A stretch of 64,000 nucleotides of DNA from Octopus vulgaris (GCA_951406725.2 OX597838.1:22258001-22322000); one strand, 5' to 3'; shown: positions 12,897 through 26,208, counted from the stretch's first letter. A program made the numbers and translations. The notes: generated from the sequence alone by a model not told the origin.

Positions 12897-13140
12897 GGAG
12901 GCGCGTGTGGCTTAGTGGTTAGGGTTCTCAGCACAATGAGCGTAAGATTGTGGTTTCAATTCCTGGACCGGGCGACGCATTTTGTTCTTGAGCAAAACAC
13001 TTCATTTCACGTTGCTGCTCGAGTCCACTCAGCTGGCAAAAATGAGTAACGCTGCGATGGACTGGCTTCTCGACCAGCTGGGGAACACATACGACATTGA
13101 AACCAGGAGACCGGGCCCATGATCCTGGCTAGGCTTTAAA
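12897..13140 (+). mobile_element. SINE family D (tRNA head, CORE-like domain, family-C-like tail)
   Basis: GGCTTAGTGGTTAG and GGTTTCAATTCC boxes; GTTCTTGAGCAAAACACTT..TCCACTCAGCTGGCAAAAATGAGT; GCGATGGACTGGC..CCAG tail. Confidence 0.8.
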
Positions 13141-13299
13141 ATTTGTGAGAATGTAATTGTTATCCCTTTTTCAAGATCCTTGATGTGGAAGAGAGTACCG
13201 AAAGAGATGTTATTGTATACTGGGAACGTTAAATAACACAACTACAGCTTTTATTTCACACATCTTGTATTATCATTAATCAAAAACGATAAACGTCGC

Positions 13300-13566
13300 C
13301 TTTTTCAAGGGCCCGATTTCTGTGGCGTATGTGTTCCCCCCAGCTGGACGGGACGCACGTCCATCGCAGCGTCCCTCAAGAAACAAGAAGAGAGAAAGTT
13401 GTGGCGAAAGAGTACAACAGGGGCTGCCACCACCCCTTGCTGGAGCTTTGTGGAGCTTTTAGGTGCGTTCACTCAATAAACACACACAACGCCCGGTCTG
13501 GGAATCGAAACCGCGGTCCTCTGACCGCGAGTCCGCTGCCCTAACCACTGGGCCATTGCGCCTTCA
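13300..13566 (-). mobile_element. SINE family C variant
   Basis: Head GGCGCAATGGCCCAGTGGTTAGGGCAGCGGACTCGCGG..GGTTTCGATTCC (tRNA-Arg-like, TCG at the anticodon position); central CTCTTTCGCCACAACTTTCTCT. Confidence 0.85.
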
Positions 13567-13875
13567 CATCATTAGCCAAGTAATGAACTAATTAACCAAT
13601 TAACTAATTAAGTGTTATGATGATAATTTTTATCAATTTAAAGATCAGTTGCTTTGTAAGAATTCTTTTGTTGCCATTTGTGGCCTCGTCTATCGTTTGC
13701 CCTCGTATCAAGATGTATCAAAATTAAGTAATTTGGAGCAACGAGGGCACTCCATTGACGAGGTCAACAAGTGCGATGGAAGGATTCTTACCAACCAATC
13801 GATTGATAGATTGATTGATTGAGCAAACGTTTAGTCAAGCAATCGATGGCTTAATTGGCTACTTAATAAATAAAT

Positions 13876-13876
<1 letters not shown>

Positions 13877-13912
<36 letters not shown>

Positions 13913-13944
13913 TAATAATAATAATAACAACAACAACAACAATG

Positions 13945-14023
<79 letters not shown>

Positions 14024-14260
14024 TAATAATAATAACAATAATGATAATGAACCTTTCTACTATAGGCACAAGGTCTGAAATTTGGGGTTGGAGGACAGTC
14101 GATTACATCAAACCCAGTACTCAACTGGTACTTATTTTATCGATACCGAAAGGTGAAAGGCAAAGTCAATCTCGGCGAAATTTGAACTCAGCAGAACGTA
14201 AAGACGGACGAAATGTCGTTAAGTATTTTGCTCGGCGTGTTAACTCTGATAGTTGGCCGC
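13877..14260 (-). repeat. (AAT)n tract continuous with the tail of a SINE B copy (14053-14260)
   Basis: On the minus strand, tail ii (..CCTATAGTAGAAAGG) runs into an (ATT)n array. Confidence 0.8.
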
Positions 14261-14261
14261 T

Positions 14262-14975
14262 TTTATTATTTTATTTTGTCTTTGCACAGTTTCTAACGCT
14301 GAATATTTACTACGGTGCCAGCTGTTCACTACCAGTGAATTAAGGAAACACCCCTTATTTTTCGAGCAACATCCGGAGTATTCGAGCGGTTCCAAACAGT
14401 GCTGTCTTCTGCAGGTGTTTCACCCTTATTTGCAGCCCCTATTTGTTCCAAGTACTTCCCGAGATTTTTACTCACTGTTCCCAGGGCTCTGACAATTATT
14501 GATACCACTACCACCTTTTACATCGACTACAACTGCTTAACTTCCCAGGCTAACCTATCATATCTATCGACTTTTCTTTCTTCCTTATTGCATACCTTGT
14601 TGTTAGCAGGGCATGCTATATCTCTGATCCAGCTTCGTTTGCTTTCTTTCTCAATTAACACTATGTCTGGTTTCCTATTTTCAATCTCATGGTTGCACTG
14701 AATCATAAAATCTCAGAGGATCTTTGCATTATCATTTTCGATGATGCCTTCGGGTTTATGATCGTACCGCTTTTTTGCTCTGTCAAGTCCTTACTTGTTG
14801 CAAAGTGTCCAATGGATAAACCTGACTATATTATTGTGGCGTCTCTTATATTCTTTCCGGGCATGTGGCATATATTGACTGGTAATATACCATATGGTTT
14901 CACCATTTTGTCCACAAATTCTACACTTTTCAATTTCTGATGTGTTCTCTATTCCGTATTTGATGTAATTGGTTC
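14262..14975 (-). pseudogene. R4/Dong-clade non-LTR retrotransposon 3' end (zinc knuckle + restriction-like endonuclease), decayed
   Basis: Minus-strand translation KCRICGQNGETIWYITS..KEYKRRHNNIVRFIHW..KIL*DF..NRKPDIVLIEK..DIACP..KVDRYDRL..VSIIVRALGTVSKNL, with in-frame stops; abuts CTT/TAT microsatellite. Confidence 0.92.
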
Positions 14976-14996
14976 TTCTTCTTCTTCTTCTTCTTC

Positions 14997-15076
<80 letters not shown>

Positions 15077-15099
15077 TCAAATGTTTCCCAATGTTTTCC

Positions 15100-15423
15100 A
15101 CAAGGTCAGTTTGGCGCAGGTGAGACGAGTCGATTACATCGACCCCAGTGTTCAACTGGTACTTATTTAGTCGACCCCTGAAAGGAGGAAAGGCAAAGTC
15201 TCGACCCCTGCGGATTTGGAACTCAGAACGTAGCGACGGACGTGCCAACGATTTTGCCAGCTCGCCGCCTTTTGGAAGGTCGCCTAGAAGAAGAAGAAGA
15301 AGAAGAAGAAGAAGAAGAAGAAGAAGAAGAAGAAGAAGAAGAAGAAGAAGAAGAAGAAGAAGAAGAAGAAGAAGAAGAAGAAGAAGAAGAAGAAGAAGAA
15401 GAAGAAGAAGAAGAAGAAGAAGA
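15100..15423. repeat. SINE B fragment (minus) followed by a pure (GAA)n tract at 15287-15423
   Basis: Direct reading. Confidence 0.9.
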
Positions 15424-16180
15424 ACCTTTCGACCTCGGAACAACTATAATCCTCAGTGAATTTTGTCCTTTTGACCAATTTTGTTGCTTTCGGTGGAAGG
15501 ACACAAACATTGTCTAGTTGAAAAGGATTTTTTTTTTTCTTTTTTTTAGAATTTAAATCCGAAAGAAATTATTTTAGTAGACATGGATGTAATCTTCTCT
15601 CCGAAAATGAAGAGTTAAGAAATGAGTATCATCCGTTTTCTGTAATCTGCACTTGCGGTAGTTCTAGTTATGCCAGATTTTTCTCCCTTACAAAAGAATA
15701 AGTTTTATGCAAATGGCTAGGCCTACTCACTTCATGGCAGACAGAGAGATCATAAATTATCTTATTCTTCTGGAGCAATTTGCGGATTTGGATTACAGAC
15801 TGTATTGTACCTGCTTTACAAAGAATTGCAATTTAATATTTAATAACCACATTCGGATGGGGTTTCTCTTTCTTTGAAGGCATCTAAATTGTAACCAAAG
15901 ATATTTACGCATATTTTTTATTTTTCATTGAAACATGTAAAGAATCTTCTTAAAAGAATTTTCATTTCAAAGGAACCGAAAAGTACGCTTCTTGACATTT
16001 TAAAAACTGCTTTTTTCCAACAGTTATCTTAAAGAACAATTTCATCGTTTGATCTTTTTTAACTAGTTTCTGTTTTCCGTTCGTACAACAGTAACATATT
16101 CTGTTTTACCTGTAACCCTTTAACGAGAAAAAGCTGAGACTTTTGAAATTGCCAGAGTTTTGTTTATTTTTGTCTATATA

Positions 16181-16583
16181 GGCGTAGGAGTGGCTGTGTG
16201 GTAAGTAGCTTGCTTACCAACCACATGGTTCCGGGTTCAGTCCCACAGCGTGGCGCCTTAGGTAAGTGTCTTCTACTATAGCCTCGGGCCGACCAAAGCC
16301 TTGTGAGTGGATTTGGTAGACGGAAACTGAAAGAAGCCCGTCGTATATATGTATATACATATATAGGTGTGTGTATATGTTTGTGTGTCTGTGTTTGTCC
16401 CCCCAACATCGCTTGACAACCGATGCTGGTGTGTTTACGTCCCCGTCACCTAGCGGTTCGGCAAAAGAGACCGATAGAATAAGTACTAGGCTTACAAAGA
16501 ATAAGTCCTGGGGTCTATTTGCTCGACTAAAAAGGTGGTGCTCCAGCATGGCCACAGTCAAATGAGTGAAACAAGTAAAAGAG
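16181..16583 (+). mobile_element. SINE family A, full length
   Basis: Near-consensus copy. Confidence 0.93.
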
Positions 16584-16628
16584 ATATGAATGCATTTCTC
16601 TCTTTCTCCCTCTCTCTCTCTCTCTCTC

Positions 16629-16867
16629 CAGGGTTGGCCAAAAGTCACCTGGCAGTAGATCAAAATTCATTTAATTCCAAGATTAATTTACGTTTAACAA
16701 CTGAGTAAATTTAATAGAAGCATCTAAATACGAAACATTATGCAAATTCTTTTGTTCAAACTGGAGTCCTTCTTGAGCGACGCATTTTTCCATTCGAGTC
16801 AATACAGAATTACAGATAGTACTTATGGAATTCTTATTTACTGTCGAGTGACTCCTGGCCAACCCTG
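16629..16867 (-). mobile_element. Tc1/mariner-type MITE, copy 2
   Basis: TIRs CAGGGTTGGCCAAAAGTCAC / GTGACTCCTGGCCAACCCTG; reverse complement of 227-460. Confidence 0.85.
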
Positions 16868-16946
16868 TGTATAGGTCACTTCAGTACTGCAACTACACAT
16901 GTGCTGTTAGCGATTTCTTTTCCTTCTTTGGAGGTTTTCCCTTCTC

Positions 16947-16982
16947 CTTTTCGACGATGAGCTATACTCGAAACGTCGAAAA
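16947..16982 (+). ncRNA. Degenerate minimal hammerhead-like motif (H1-like)
   Basis: cttt-TCGACGA-T-GAG-ctata-CTC-GAAAC-GTC-gaaa; two core substitutions. Confidence 0.5.
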
Positions 16983-17209
16983 CTCACTCCTTCCACCGAC
17001 TGTCAAACTAATATATTTCTTGTGCATGGTCTCTTGTCAGTTTGAATTGATTATTTGAACTGACTATATATGGGCATATGTGTGTGTGTGTGTGTGTGTG
17101 TGTATACGTCTTTGTTTTTGTTTTTAACCATTGCTTAACAATTTTCTTTTACCCAAAGCCAGGAACCTTTTAGCACCACTTCGTATATAAATATGTATGT
17201 ATGTGCGTA

Positions 17210-17425
17210 CGAGGGGTTGCTGAAAAATTTTTAGCTTTAAGGGTGTCACAAAAGGCCTAGCTGGAGGCCCAACCTTCTGAATTCTTTTACAGGGGTTAGA
17301 AAACTGAAGGACATCTGCAGTAAGTGTGTGAATCTGAGAGGGGGATATGTTGAATAAAATCATAATTAACAGATCCTCCTGTATTTTCTTTAACCCAAAG
17401 CCAGGAACTTTTCAGGATACCCTCG
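17210..17425 (+). mobile_element. Mariner-derived MITE (internal deletion derivative)
   Basis: TA|CGAGGGGTTGCTGAAAA ... TTTTCAGGATACCCTCG|TA; retains transposase C-terminus KLKDICSKCVNLRGGYVE*; an extra right-end fragment lies at ~17140-17183. Confidence 0.85.
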
Positions 17426-17835
17426 TACTTGATAGTAGAGTATGTTTGTATAGCGAAATATACAAACCATACCAGCAATGAAAATCTCGTTTATAGAATA
17501 ACCACAGTTAAATTGATTATTTTGATTTATCTTCATATCAAATGAGATACATTGAATATACTGACAGAAATTCTTAGTGATAAAAATCCCTATTACGTTT
17601 AAAGCAGGAACGGTTAATTTCATTTGCATTAAATATTGATTATAATATATTAAATATTTATTATTATGTATTAAATATCTGTTACTATAAATTGAATATT
17701 TGTTATAAAGAATTAAATATTTATTATAAGGAATTAAATATTTATTACAATAAAATAAATATTTGCAAGAAATCATTAAGTGTGTATTATATCAAATATA
17801 TCGCTTCAAAATAAAGCAATATCTTTGGGCTTTAA

Positions 17836-18450
17836 GGCGGCGAACTGGCAGAAACGTTAGCATGCCGGGCGTATTTCGTCTGCCGTTACGTTCTAAGTTC
17901 AAATTCCGCCGAAGTCGACTTTACCTTTCATCCTTTCGGAATCGATTAAATAAGTACCAGTTACGCACTGGGGTCGATGTAATCGATTTAATCCGTTTAT
18001 CTGTCCTTGTTTGCCCCCTCTGTATTTAGCCTCTTGTGGTTAGTAAAGAAATAGGTATTTCGTCTGCCGTTACGTTCTGAGTTCAAATTCCGCCGAGGTA
18101 GGTTTTGCCTATCATCCTTCCGGGGTCGATAAATTAAGTACCAGTTACGCACTGGAGTCCATGTAATCGACTTAATCCCTTTGTTTGTCCTTGTTTGTCC
18201 CCTCTATGTTTAGCCCCTTGTGGGCAATACAGAAAGAAGAAACGTTAGCACGCCGGGCGAAATGAGAGGACAAACAAGGACAGACAAACGGTTAAGTCGA
18301 TTGTATCAACCCCAGTGCATAACTGCTACTTATTTAATCGCCCCCGAAAGAATGAAATGCAAAGTCGACTTCGGCGGAATTTGAACTCAGAACGTAAGCG
18401 GCAGCTAAAGCATTTCGCCCGGCGTGCTAACGATTCTGCCAGCTCATCGC
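17836..18450. mobile_element. SINE B dimer (+, 17836-18264) fused to an inverted SINE B (-, 18265-18450)
   Basis: Family B consensus blocks in both orientations. Confidence 0.88.
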
Positions 18451-18863
18451 TTTGCTTCATATAAGTAACATAGATATTATACTAAAGTCGATTAACTTTA
18501 GTTTTGAAAACATTCCTGTGACATCAAAACTTTGACCGTACAAATTAGAAGTTTAATCTAAACAAGATTAATCTACATATACCATTGGTCTACATATACC
18601 ATTAATCTACATTACCAATGGTAATTCAGTCCACGAAGTATCTAGATCAGAATATGTTATTGAATATGTCTAACGGAGAAGGAAGAAGCTTTTAAGAGTC
18701 GAAAACCGTGCCCGTCACGCATATTTCTCTCTAGTTCTAATTACAATTTGAGGAGACGCAAGATTCATGCACACATACATACAGACGTAGCATATAAGGA
18801 TCATGGCTTGTCAGAGTACAGACTGTTCTACTTCCAAATATACCATTGTGTGTATGTATGTGT

Positions 18864-19163
18864 GGAGGCACATGGCCTAGTGGTGAGAGAAGCGGACTCG
18901 CGGTTGAGGGATCGCCGGTTCGAATCTCTGACCGAGAGATGTGTGTGTTTATGAGCGAAACACCTAAATTCCACGCAGTTCTGGCAGAAGGTAATGGCGA
19001 AACATCTGCTGATTCTTTCGCCACAACTTTCTGTCACTCTTTCACTCTTTCCTCTTGCAGCTCACCTGCGACGGACCGGCATTTCGTCCAGGTGGGGAAC
19101 CTATACGCCAAGGAGACCAGGAAACAGGCCCTTATGAGCCAGGCATGGCTCGAGAAGGAACAA
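18864..19163 (+). mobile_element. SINE family C, full length
   Basis: GGAGGCACATGGCCTAGTGGTGAGAGAAGCGGACTCGCGG..CCGGTTCGAATC head; CCTGCGACGGACCGGC..GTCCAGG block; tail GGCTCGAGAAGGAACAA. Confidence 0.88.
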
Positions 19164-19247
19164 GCATGCTCTCATGTTAAACTGTCGTATGTCCAGATAT
19201 GACCAATAGTCTTTTCTATTTTCAATATTTATTTTTGCTTGCAACAG

Positions 19248-19345
19248 CCTATTCTTTTGATCAAACTATCGTATCTCCAACTGCTTCAGATGCTAATATA
19301 TCAAAAATTGTCGAAAGTGTGGTACAACAGTTTTGCTATGGAATG
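19248..19345 (+). other. Candidate isolated exon
   Basis: Pyrimidine-rich tract ending CAG at 19247, open frame (A)YSFDQTIVSPTASDANISKIVESVVQQFCYGM, ATG|GTGAAA donor; no recognisable homology. Confidence 0.25.
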
Positions 19346-19612
19346 GTGAAATTATCTTTTCGTTTTCTGAAGAAAAGCAACGTTTTGGACTTACGACACT
19401 TTTGCATAAGAGCAATGATATATATATTAATCTTGAGATTGCTCCAATCTGGCCAGCCCCAAGGAAAAACTAAGCTAAGAGCATTAGATTCCTTGGAAGA
19501 AAGCATCGAATGTATACGAAAACAAGGACGGAAAAACAGACGATGTTACACGAATATAAATACAAAATAAAATAAAAAAAAAATAAGATATATATATATA
19601 TATTTTTTTTTT

Positions 19613-19826
19613 CTTTAGTTTCAGCTCAGAGCTGCGGCCATGTTGACGCACCGCTGTTTTGTGCTACACTGTTATTGCGAAGAACCTCGTCTAATATGTG
19701 GCACTTGGTGAAGAATGGACTTTGATATAGCTACTCTCATTTGCACCTCTTGCCGTGAGGTAGGTTCATCTGGGACTCTCGACAGGAAGATGTCCAGCTT
19801 TGATTTAAAAACCGCTACATCTACTT
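19613..19826 (-). mobile_element. CR1-like LINE 3' end (family L1)
   Basis: Minus strand VDVAVFKSKLDIFLSRVPDEPTSRQEVQMRVAISKSILHQ...*; tail GCGGTGCGTCAACATGGCCGCAGCTCTGAGCTGAAAC. Confidence 0.85.
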
Positions 19827-20388
19827 AGTATATATATATATATACATGACAGGTTTCTTTCAGTTTCCGTCTGGCAAATCCACTGAGAAGGTTTTAGTGG
19901 AAGACACTTGCCCAAAGTTGACATGCAGTGGAATCGAACTTGGAAGCACATGATTGAGAACCAATCTTCTTACTACACAGTCACATGCATCTATATGCAT
20001 ATTTCCATTCCGTTTTTGAAGGTTTGTCTTTATAATATTTTCTCTGCCAATAGCTCTTTCCCTATCCCTTTGTCCAAACACAATATTCCATACATTAATC
20101 TATTCTTCCCGTACATCCATCCTCCTCCTATTCCTCTTAGACATTCCCTTATTCTAAGTATTTTTAAGAGTCTTATTACTATTCCTGTCATCTCCAGTGT
20201 GTTTTATTCCATTTTCTTTCGAAACCAAAATGGTTTCTTTTTTAAAAATCCATCAACAATGTTTTTTTCATATCTATTCAACCTAACTAACATTCTATCG
20301 ATAAATATACCGTGCATGCATGTATATCTGTGTATGTATGTATGTATGTATGTATGTATGTGTGTATGCATGCATGTATGTATGTATG

Positions 20389-20419
<31 letters not shown>

Positions 20420-20431
20420 AATATATATATA

Positions 20432-20506
<75 letters not shown>

Positions 20507-20580
20507 GTTAATTATATATCTATATAGATATAATACATATTTATATATAAATATATACAAACACACACATATTTATTAAA

Positions 20581-20621
<41 letters not shown>

Positions 20622-20747
20622 TATGTATACTTATATATAACCTATATATGTATTAAATTATATATATATGTGTGTGTGTGTGTGTGGCTGGATGTGCATG
20701 TGCGGAGGTGTTTGGCTCTGTATATGTCCGTGTGCTTGTGTTATGCT

Positions 20748-20793
<46 letters not shown>

Positions 20794-20854
20794 CATACAT
20801 ACATACGTATACATAAAAACATTTATACATTCGGCTATATAATATGTATCTATA

Positions 20855-20908
<54 letters not shown>

Positions 20909-21149
20909 ATATATATATGTATATATATTAACATATGCATTGTGTATACAAATATCTATATCTATATTTTTTTATCTATCTATACATTAATTTATCTATA
21001 TACGTGTATGTGTGTGTGTGGGGGGGGGCTTATAAATTCATACTGTAAGTATGGTACTCCTCGAAAATAGACTTAGAAGAAGAAAAAGTAGAAACATGTT
21101 AATAATAAATACAGAAGTAACAAAAACCACAGCGATAAAATAATATTTT

Positions 21150-21154
21150 ATAAC

Positions 21155-21222
<68 letters not shown>

Positions 21223-21240
21223 CAACAACAATAATAATAA

Positions 21241-21300
<60 letters not shown>

Positions 21301-21506
21301 TAATAACAATAATAATAATAATAATAATAACAGCAAGAAGAAAAGAAGAAGAAAAAGGAGAAGAAGAAGAAGAGGAAGCAGAAGAAGAAGAAGAAGAAGA
21401 AGAAGAAGAAGAAGAAGAAGAAGAAGAAGAACAACAACAACAACAAGAACAACAACAACAACTACAACAACAACAACAACAGCAACAGCAACAACAACAA
21501 AAACAA
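21150..21506. repeat. Compound (AAT)n-(GAA)n-(CAA)n microsatellite
   Basis: Direct reading. Confidence 0.95.
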
Positions 21507-21610
21507 TAGCGATTTCTCTTTCACACACACTGAAATAGATAACTATTTTAGTTCGTAAATGAACTGTTTTAATAACACGTTCACAGCAGGGCCTTTCCTA
21601 TCTCCAATCA

Positions 21611-21743
<133 letters not shown>

Positions 21744-21753
21744 CCTATGTTGC

Positions 21754-21839
<86 letters not shown>

Positions 21840-21964
21840 TTTAGGACATATAACTGTGTATATAGGGCAGTTGTATCTAAATTTATTCTATCCATTAATG
21901 GTACATATGCTTGATTTCCTGTGCCGAATTGAATTACCTACATGTCTATATGTCTGTCAATCTG

Positions 21965-22025
<61 letters not shown>

Positions 22026-22066
22026 AGAAATGGGAGCATACGTATAGCTTTGCAAATAAATATTTT

Positions 22067-22114
<48 letters not shown>

Positions 22115-22206
22115 GAAGATGTTTTTACTAGTTTACTCATACGCGTCACTCTACATATCTGCATATGCATATACATACATTCGTACAGATATATATATAT
22201 AGATTT

Positions 22207-22273
<67 letters not shown>

Positions 22274-22413
22274 ATATATATATATACACACATATATATA
22301 TATATATATATGTATATATTATATATAATATATATATATATTATATATATATTATATATTTTCACATACATATAGAAATATATTTATATATGTGTGCAAC
22401 TACATGTATAAAC

Positions 22414-22445
<32 letters not shown>

Positions 22446-22466
22446 ATATTCAGAGATTTATTATTG

Positions 22467-22509
<43 letters not shown>

Positions 22510-23030
22510 CATATATTTGATATATTTGTATATATGTGTATATATGTGTGTCGGTATATATATGTACGAATATATATTTTTATATATGTATATTCACTTT
22601 CATACCAGCCACCTAACAATGGAACACACGCTAACAATGCACAGCCCTAGTAACCATCACCACGATGCTTCCTACGCATGCGCACTTCTCGGCTCATGCA
22701 TAAGCCAACCACACGTACTCTCACACACATTGCACTTACCCTAACGCTATCCTACAGAGACAAATGCATTCTGATATTTGCATCTACAGAATTTTTTTTT
22801 CTAGAGATGCACTTTTTCTTGACTTTTTCCTCCTACACCTGAACATTCTCACCTGGTTTTTAACCCTTCGTCTGTGTTTTTTCATTATCAAATATGCATG
22901 CATGCAAGGGTGATACACAAACACACGCACGTACACAGATATATCTGCATGCATACTTGCATACATACGTATATATGTATATACATACATACTCATACAT
23001 ACATACATACATACATACGCACACATACAT

Positions 23031-23428
23031 ACTCTCTCTTTTACTCTTTTACTTGTTTCAGTCATTTTGACTGCGGCCATACTGGAGCAACGCCCTTAGT
23101 CGAGCAAATCGACCCCAGAACTTAAGCCTAGTACTTATTTTGTCGGTCTCTTTTGCCGAACCGCTAAATTACGGGGACACAAACACACCAGCATCGGTTG
23201 CCAAGCTATGTTGGTGGAGGGACAAACACAGAAATACAAACATATACACACACATACATAAATATACATATATACGACGGGCTTCTTTCAGTTTCCGCCT
23301 ACCATATCCACTCACAATGCTTTGGTCGGCCCGAGGCTATAGTGAAGACACTTGCCCAAGGTGCCGCGCAGTGGGACTGAACCCGGAACCATGTGGTTGG
23401 TAAGCAAGCTACTTACCACACAGCCACT

Positions 23429-23431
<3 letters not shown>
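23031..23431 (-). mobile_element. SINE family A
   Basis: Near full-length reverse-complement copy. Confidence 0.9.
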
Positions 23432-23512
<81 letters not shown>

Positions 23513-23581
23513 GTTGATTCGCTAGCTTCTGCACGAAAAAAATTTTTTTGTCTCCTTCTTTCAGTGTTTTTTCTCTGTGTA

Positions 23582-23619
23582 TCTTTCTGTTGAAGAGCGT
23601 AGGCTCGAAACGTTAAAGA
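23582..23619 (+). ncRNA. Minimal type-I hammerhead-like motif (family H1)
   Basis: tcttt-CTGTTGA-A-GAGC-gtag-GCTC-GAAAC-GTT-aaaga; perfect 5-bp stem I and 4-bp stem II, one core substitution; the element (23513-23750) has TA runs on both sides. Confidence 0.72.
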
Positions 23620-23889
23620 CTTGTTTTATTTATATTTCCTGAGCGCCATACTAATACAATTATTTGTTTGTATTCCACCTGCCTTCGTCTTTTGTTTATT
23701 TTCCGTAAACCTGCCTTCGTCTTTTGTCTATTTTCATAAAGCTTCCCGTTATATATATATATATGTATACATAAAGGTTTTTTCGTATTGAGATAAAAAA
23801 CCATGACTGTGTAGAATGTAGAACATTTATAGATATATATATATGTGAGTATATATATGAATATATATGTGTGTATGTATATCTATGTT

Positions 23890-23994
<105 letters not shown>

Positions 23995-24542
23995 TCAATA
24001 ACAGACAAACCGCCGAACCACCGGGAAACGCGATGGCTCGTACGTGACTGCCTGACCTATTAAAAACAACAGCCAAATAATAATCAAATCTAAGTACACA
24101 TCGTACACTATGCTCCTATTTACTCGCTGACAGAACAGGGTAAAGAATATCGCCAAATTAAATTATAGTATCGCACAACAGAACAGATCTGAGAATAGGA
24201 GCTAAGGCCTCCAACAACTTTTAGCTCGAGATATTTATTTCCCCTGTTGCTCTTACCGAAGTCTTTCTTTCAATGCGTCACTGCCAAATCTACAAGTGAA
24301 TTCCATTGTCGGTTTTTCAATCCAATTTAGTCATCTTTGTCCCTATGCTGCCATCGTCTTGTATAAATCAAATGGTAGATGTGTTAGTAGATTGTTGTCC
24401 ATCTTGGAACGCAAGCCGTATGCAGCCATATGTCACCGGAAATAATTTGCACCTGCTTCCGCCCTACCTTCTCTTATGTTTAAAGACTTCCTTTCATGAA
24501 AGCACTTGCCTTATTACCTTTGCAAGGAATGGATATAATACA

Positions 24543-24615
<73 letters not shown>

Positions 24616-24883
24616 AAACACACACGTCTACACACACACATATATATATATATATGTCTATATATGTGTGTGCATATGTATGTATATATGTATATATATA
24701 TGAGTCCATATGTATGTATATATATATGGACATATAGCTGTATATATATATACCTATGTATATGTATATATATTTAAATATATATACAGATAGATATATA
24801 GACGTGTATATATATATTTACACATATATATATATGCGTTTGCAGGTGCATATAGATAAATACAGGTATTCACATATGTGTGA

Positions 24884-24941
<58 letters not shown>

Positions 24942-25122
24942 GTATATGTATGTATGTACAAATATAACTACACCAGACGTCACTCCTCGAAAACATACAC
25001 CTCTATGTCCATATATATTCACATGTATAGCTGTAAATATATTTACTTGTGTGTGTATACTTGTACGATTATAGTTTACAGGCATTCATTATCATAGTTC
25101 ACATGTGTTCATGCATACACAC

Positions 25123-25208
<86 letters not shown>

Positions 25209-25227
25209 ATATATACATTCATACATA

Positions 25228-25282
<55 letters not shown>

Positions 25283-25297
25283 TATATATATATATAC

Positions 25298-25697
25298 TGG
25301 AGTGGCTGTGTAGTAAGTACTTGCGTACAAACCACATGGTTCCGGGTTCAGACACACTACGTAGGACATTGGGCCAGTGTCTTCTACTATAGCCACGGGC
25401 CGACTAAAGCCTTGTGAGTGCATTTGGTTAGACGGAAACTGAAAGCCGGTCGTATATATGTATATATATGTATACATGTGTGTATGTGTGTATGTGTATG
25501 TGTGTCCAACATCGCTTGACAACCGATGGTTGTGTGTTTACGTCCCCGTAACTTAGCGGTTCGGCAAAAGATAGAATAAGTACGAGTACTTACAAAAAAT
25601 AGATCCTGGGGTCGATTTGTTCGACTACAGGTGGTGCCCCAGCATGGCCGCAGTCAAATGACTGAAACAAATAAAAGAATAAAAAAGAATAAAAGAA
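25298..25697 (+). mobile_element. SINE family A
   Basis: Diverged near full-length copy. Confidence 0.88.
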
Positions 25698-25886
25698 TAT
25701 ATATATATATGGGCTTCTTTGAGTTTCTGTCTACCAAATCCACTTACAAGGCTTCGGTCGGTCCGAGGCGATTGTAGAAGACAATTGCCCAATATATACA
25801 TATGCATGAAATTTTTGTGTATATGAAATAATGCTTGAACGTTTGTATGTATATGTGTCTATAAATTTATATATATATATATATAT

Positions 25887-26207
25887 ACTTTGATACTTTG
25901 ATAGGTTTCGGCCATTATTGGCCCAGGCCATGTCTAACTTAATAGCACCACCTGGTGAGGTCTTTCAAGTCAGAATTTGGGCACTATGGCCCACTCAAGT
26001 AGAGAGTTATTGTTTACAGAGACATATCCGGGTGTAGGGGGTTATCCGGGATTTCTTGAAGGAATCTGTCCAAAGACTTCTTGAACCCTATAGGGTCTGT
26101 TTCTGTTTTAATGTGTTTTGGTGTAATGTTAAAGAGAGCGGAGCCAATTGAGGTGAAATAATTGTGCCGTATTGTTGTTATGAGATGAGAGTGCGATTTT
26201 TGTTATA
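25887..26207 (-). mobile_element. CR1-like LINE 3' end (L2-related) within (TA)n
   Basis: Minus strand [55 protein letters not shown]; same 3' UTR as 11038-11415; (TATCAAAG)n tail. Confidence 0.85.
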
Positions 26208-26208
26208 C

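Noticed and set aside
18864-18940. tRNA genes at SINE heads (also 12897, 13495-13566, 37968)
   Set aside because: A and B boxes are present, but the sequences continue into SINE bodies and I could not fold clean cloverleaves.
19908-20579. 223-aa ORF
   Set aside because: A chimera of degenerate SINE A, pyrimidine-rich sequence and TA/TATG microsatellite.
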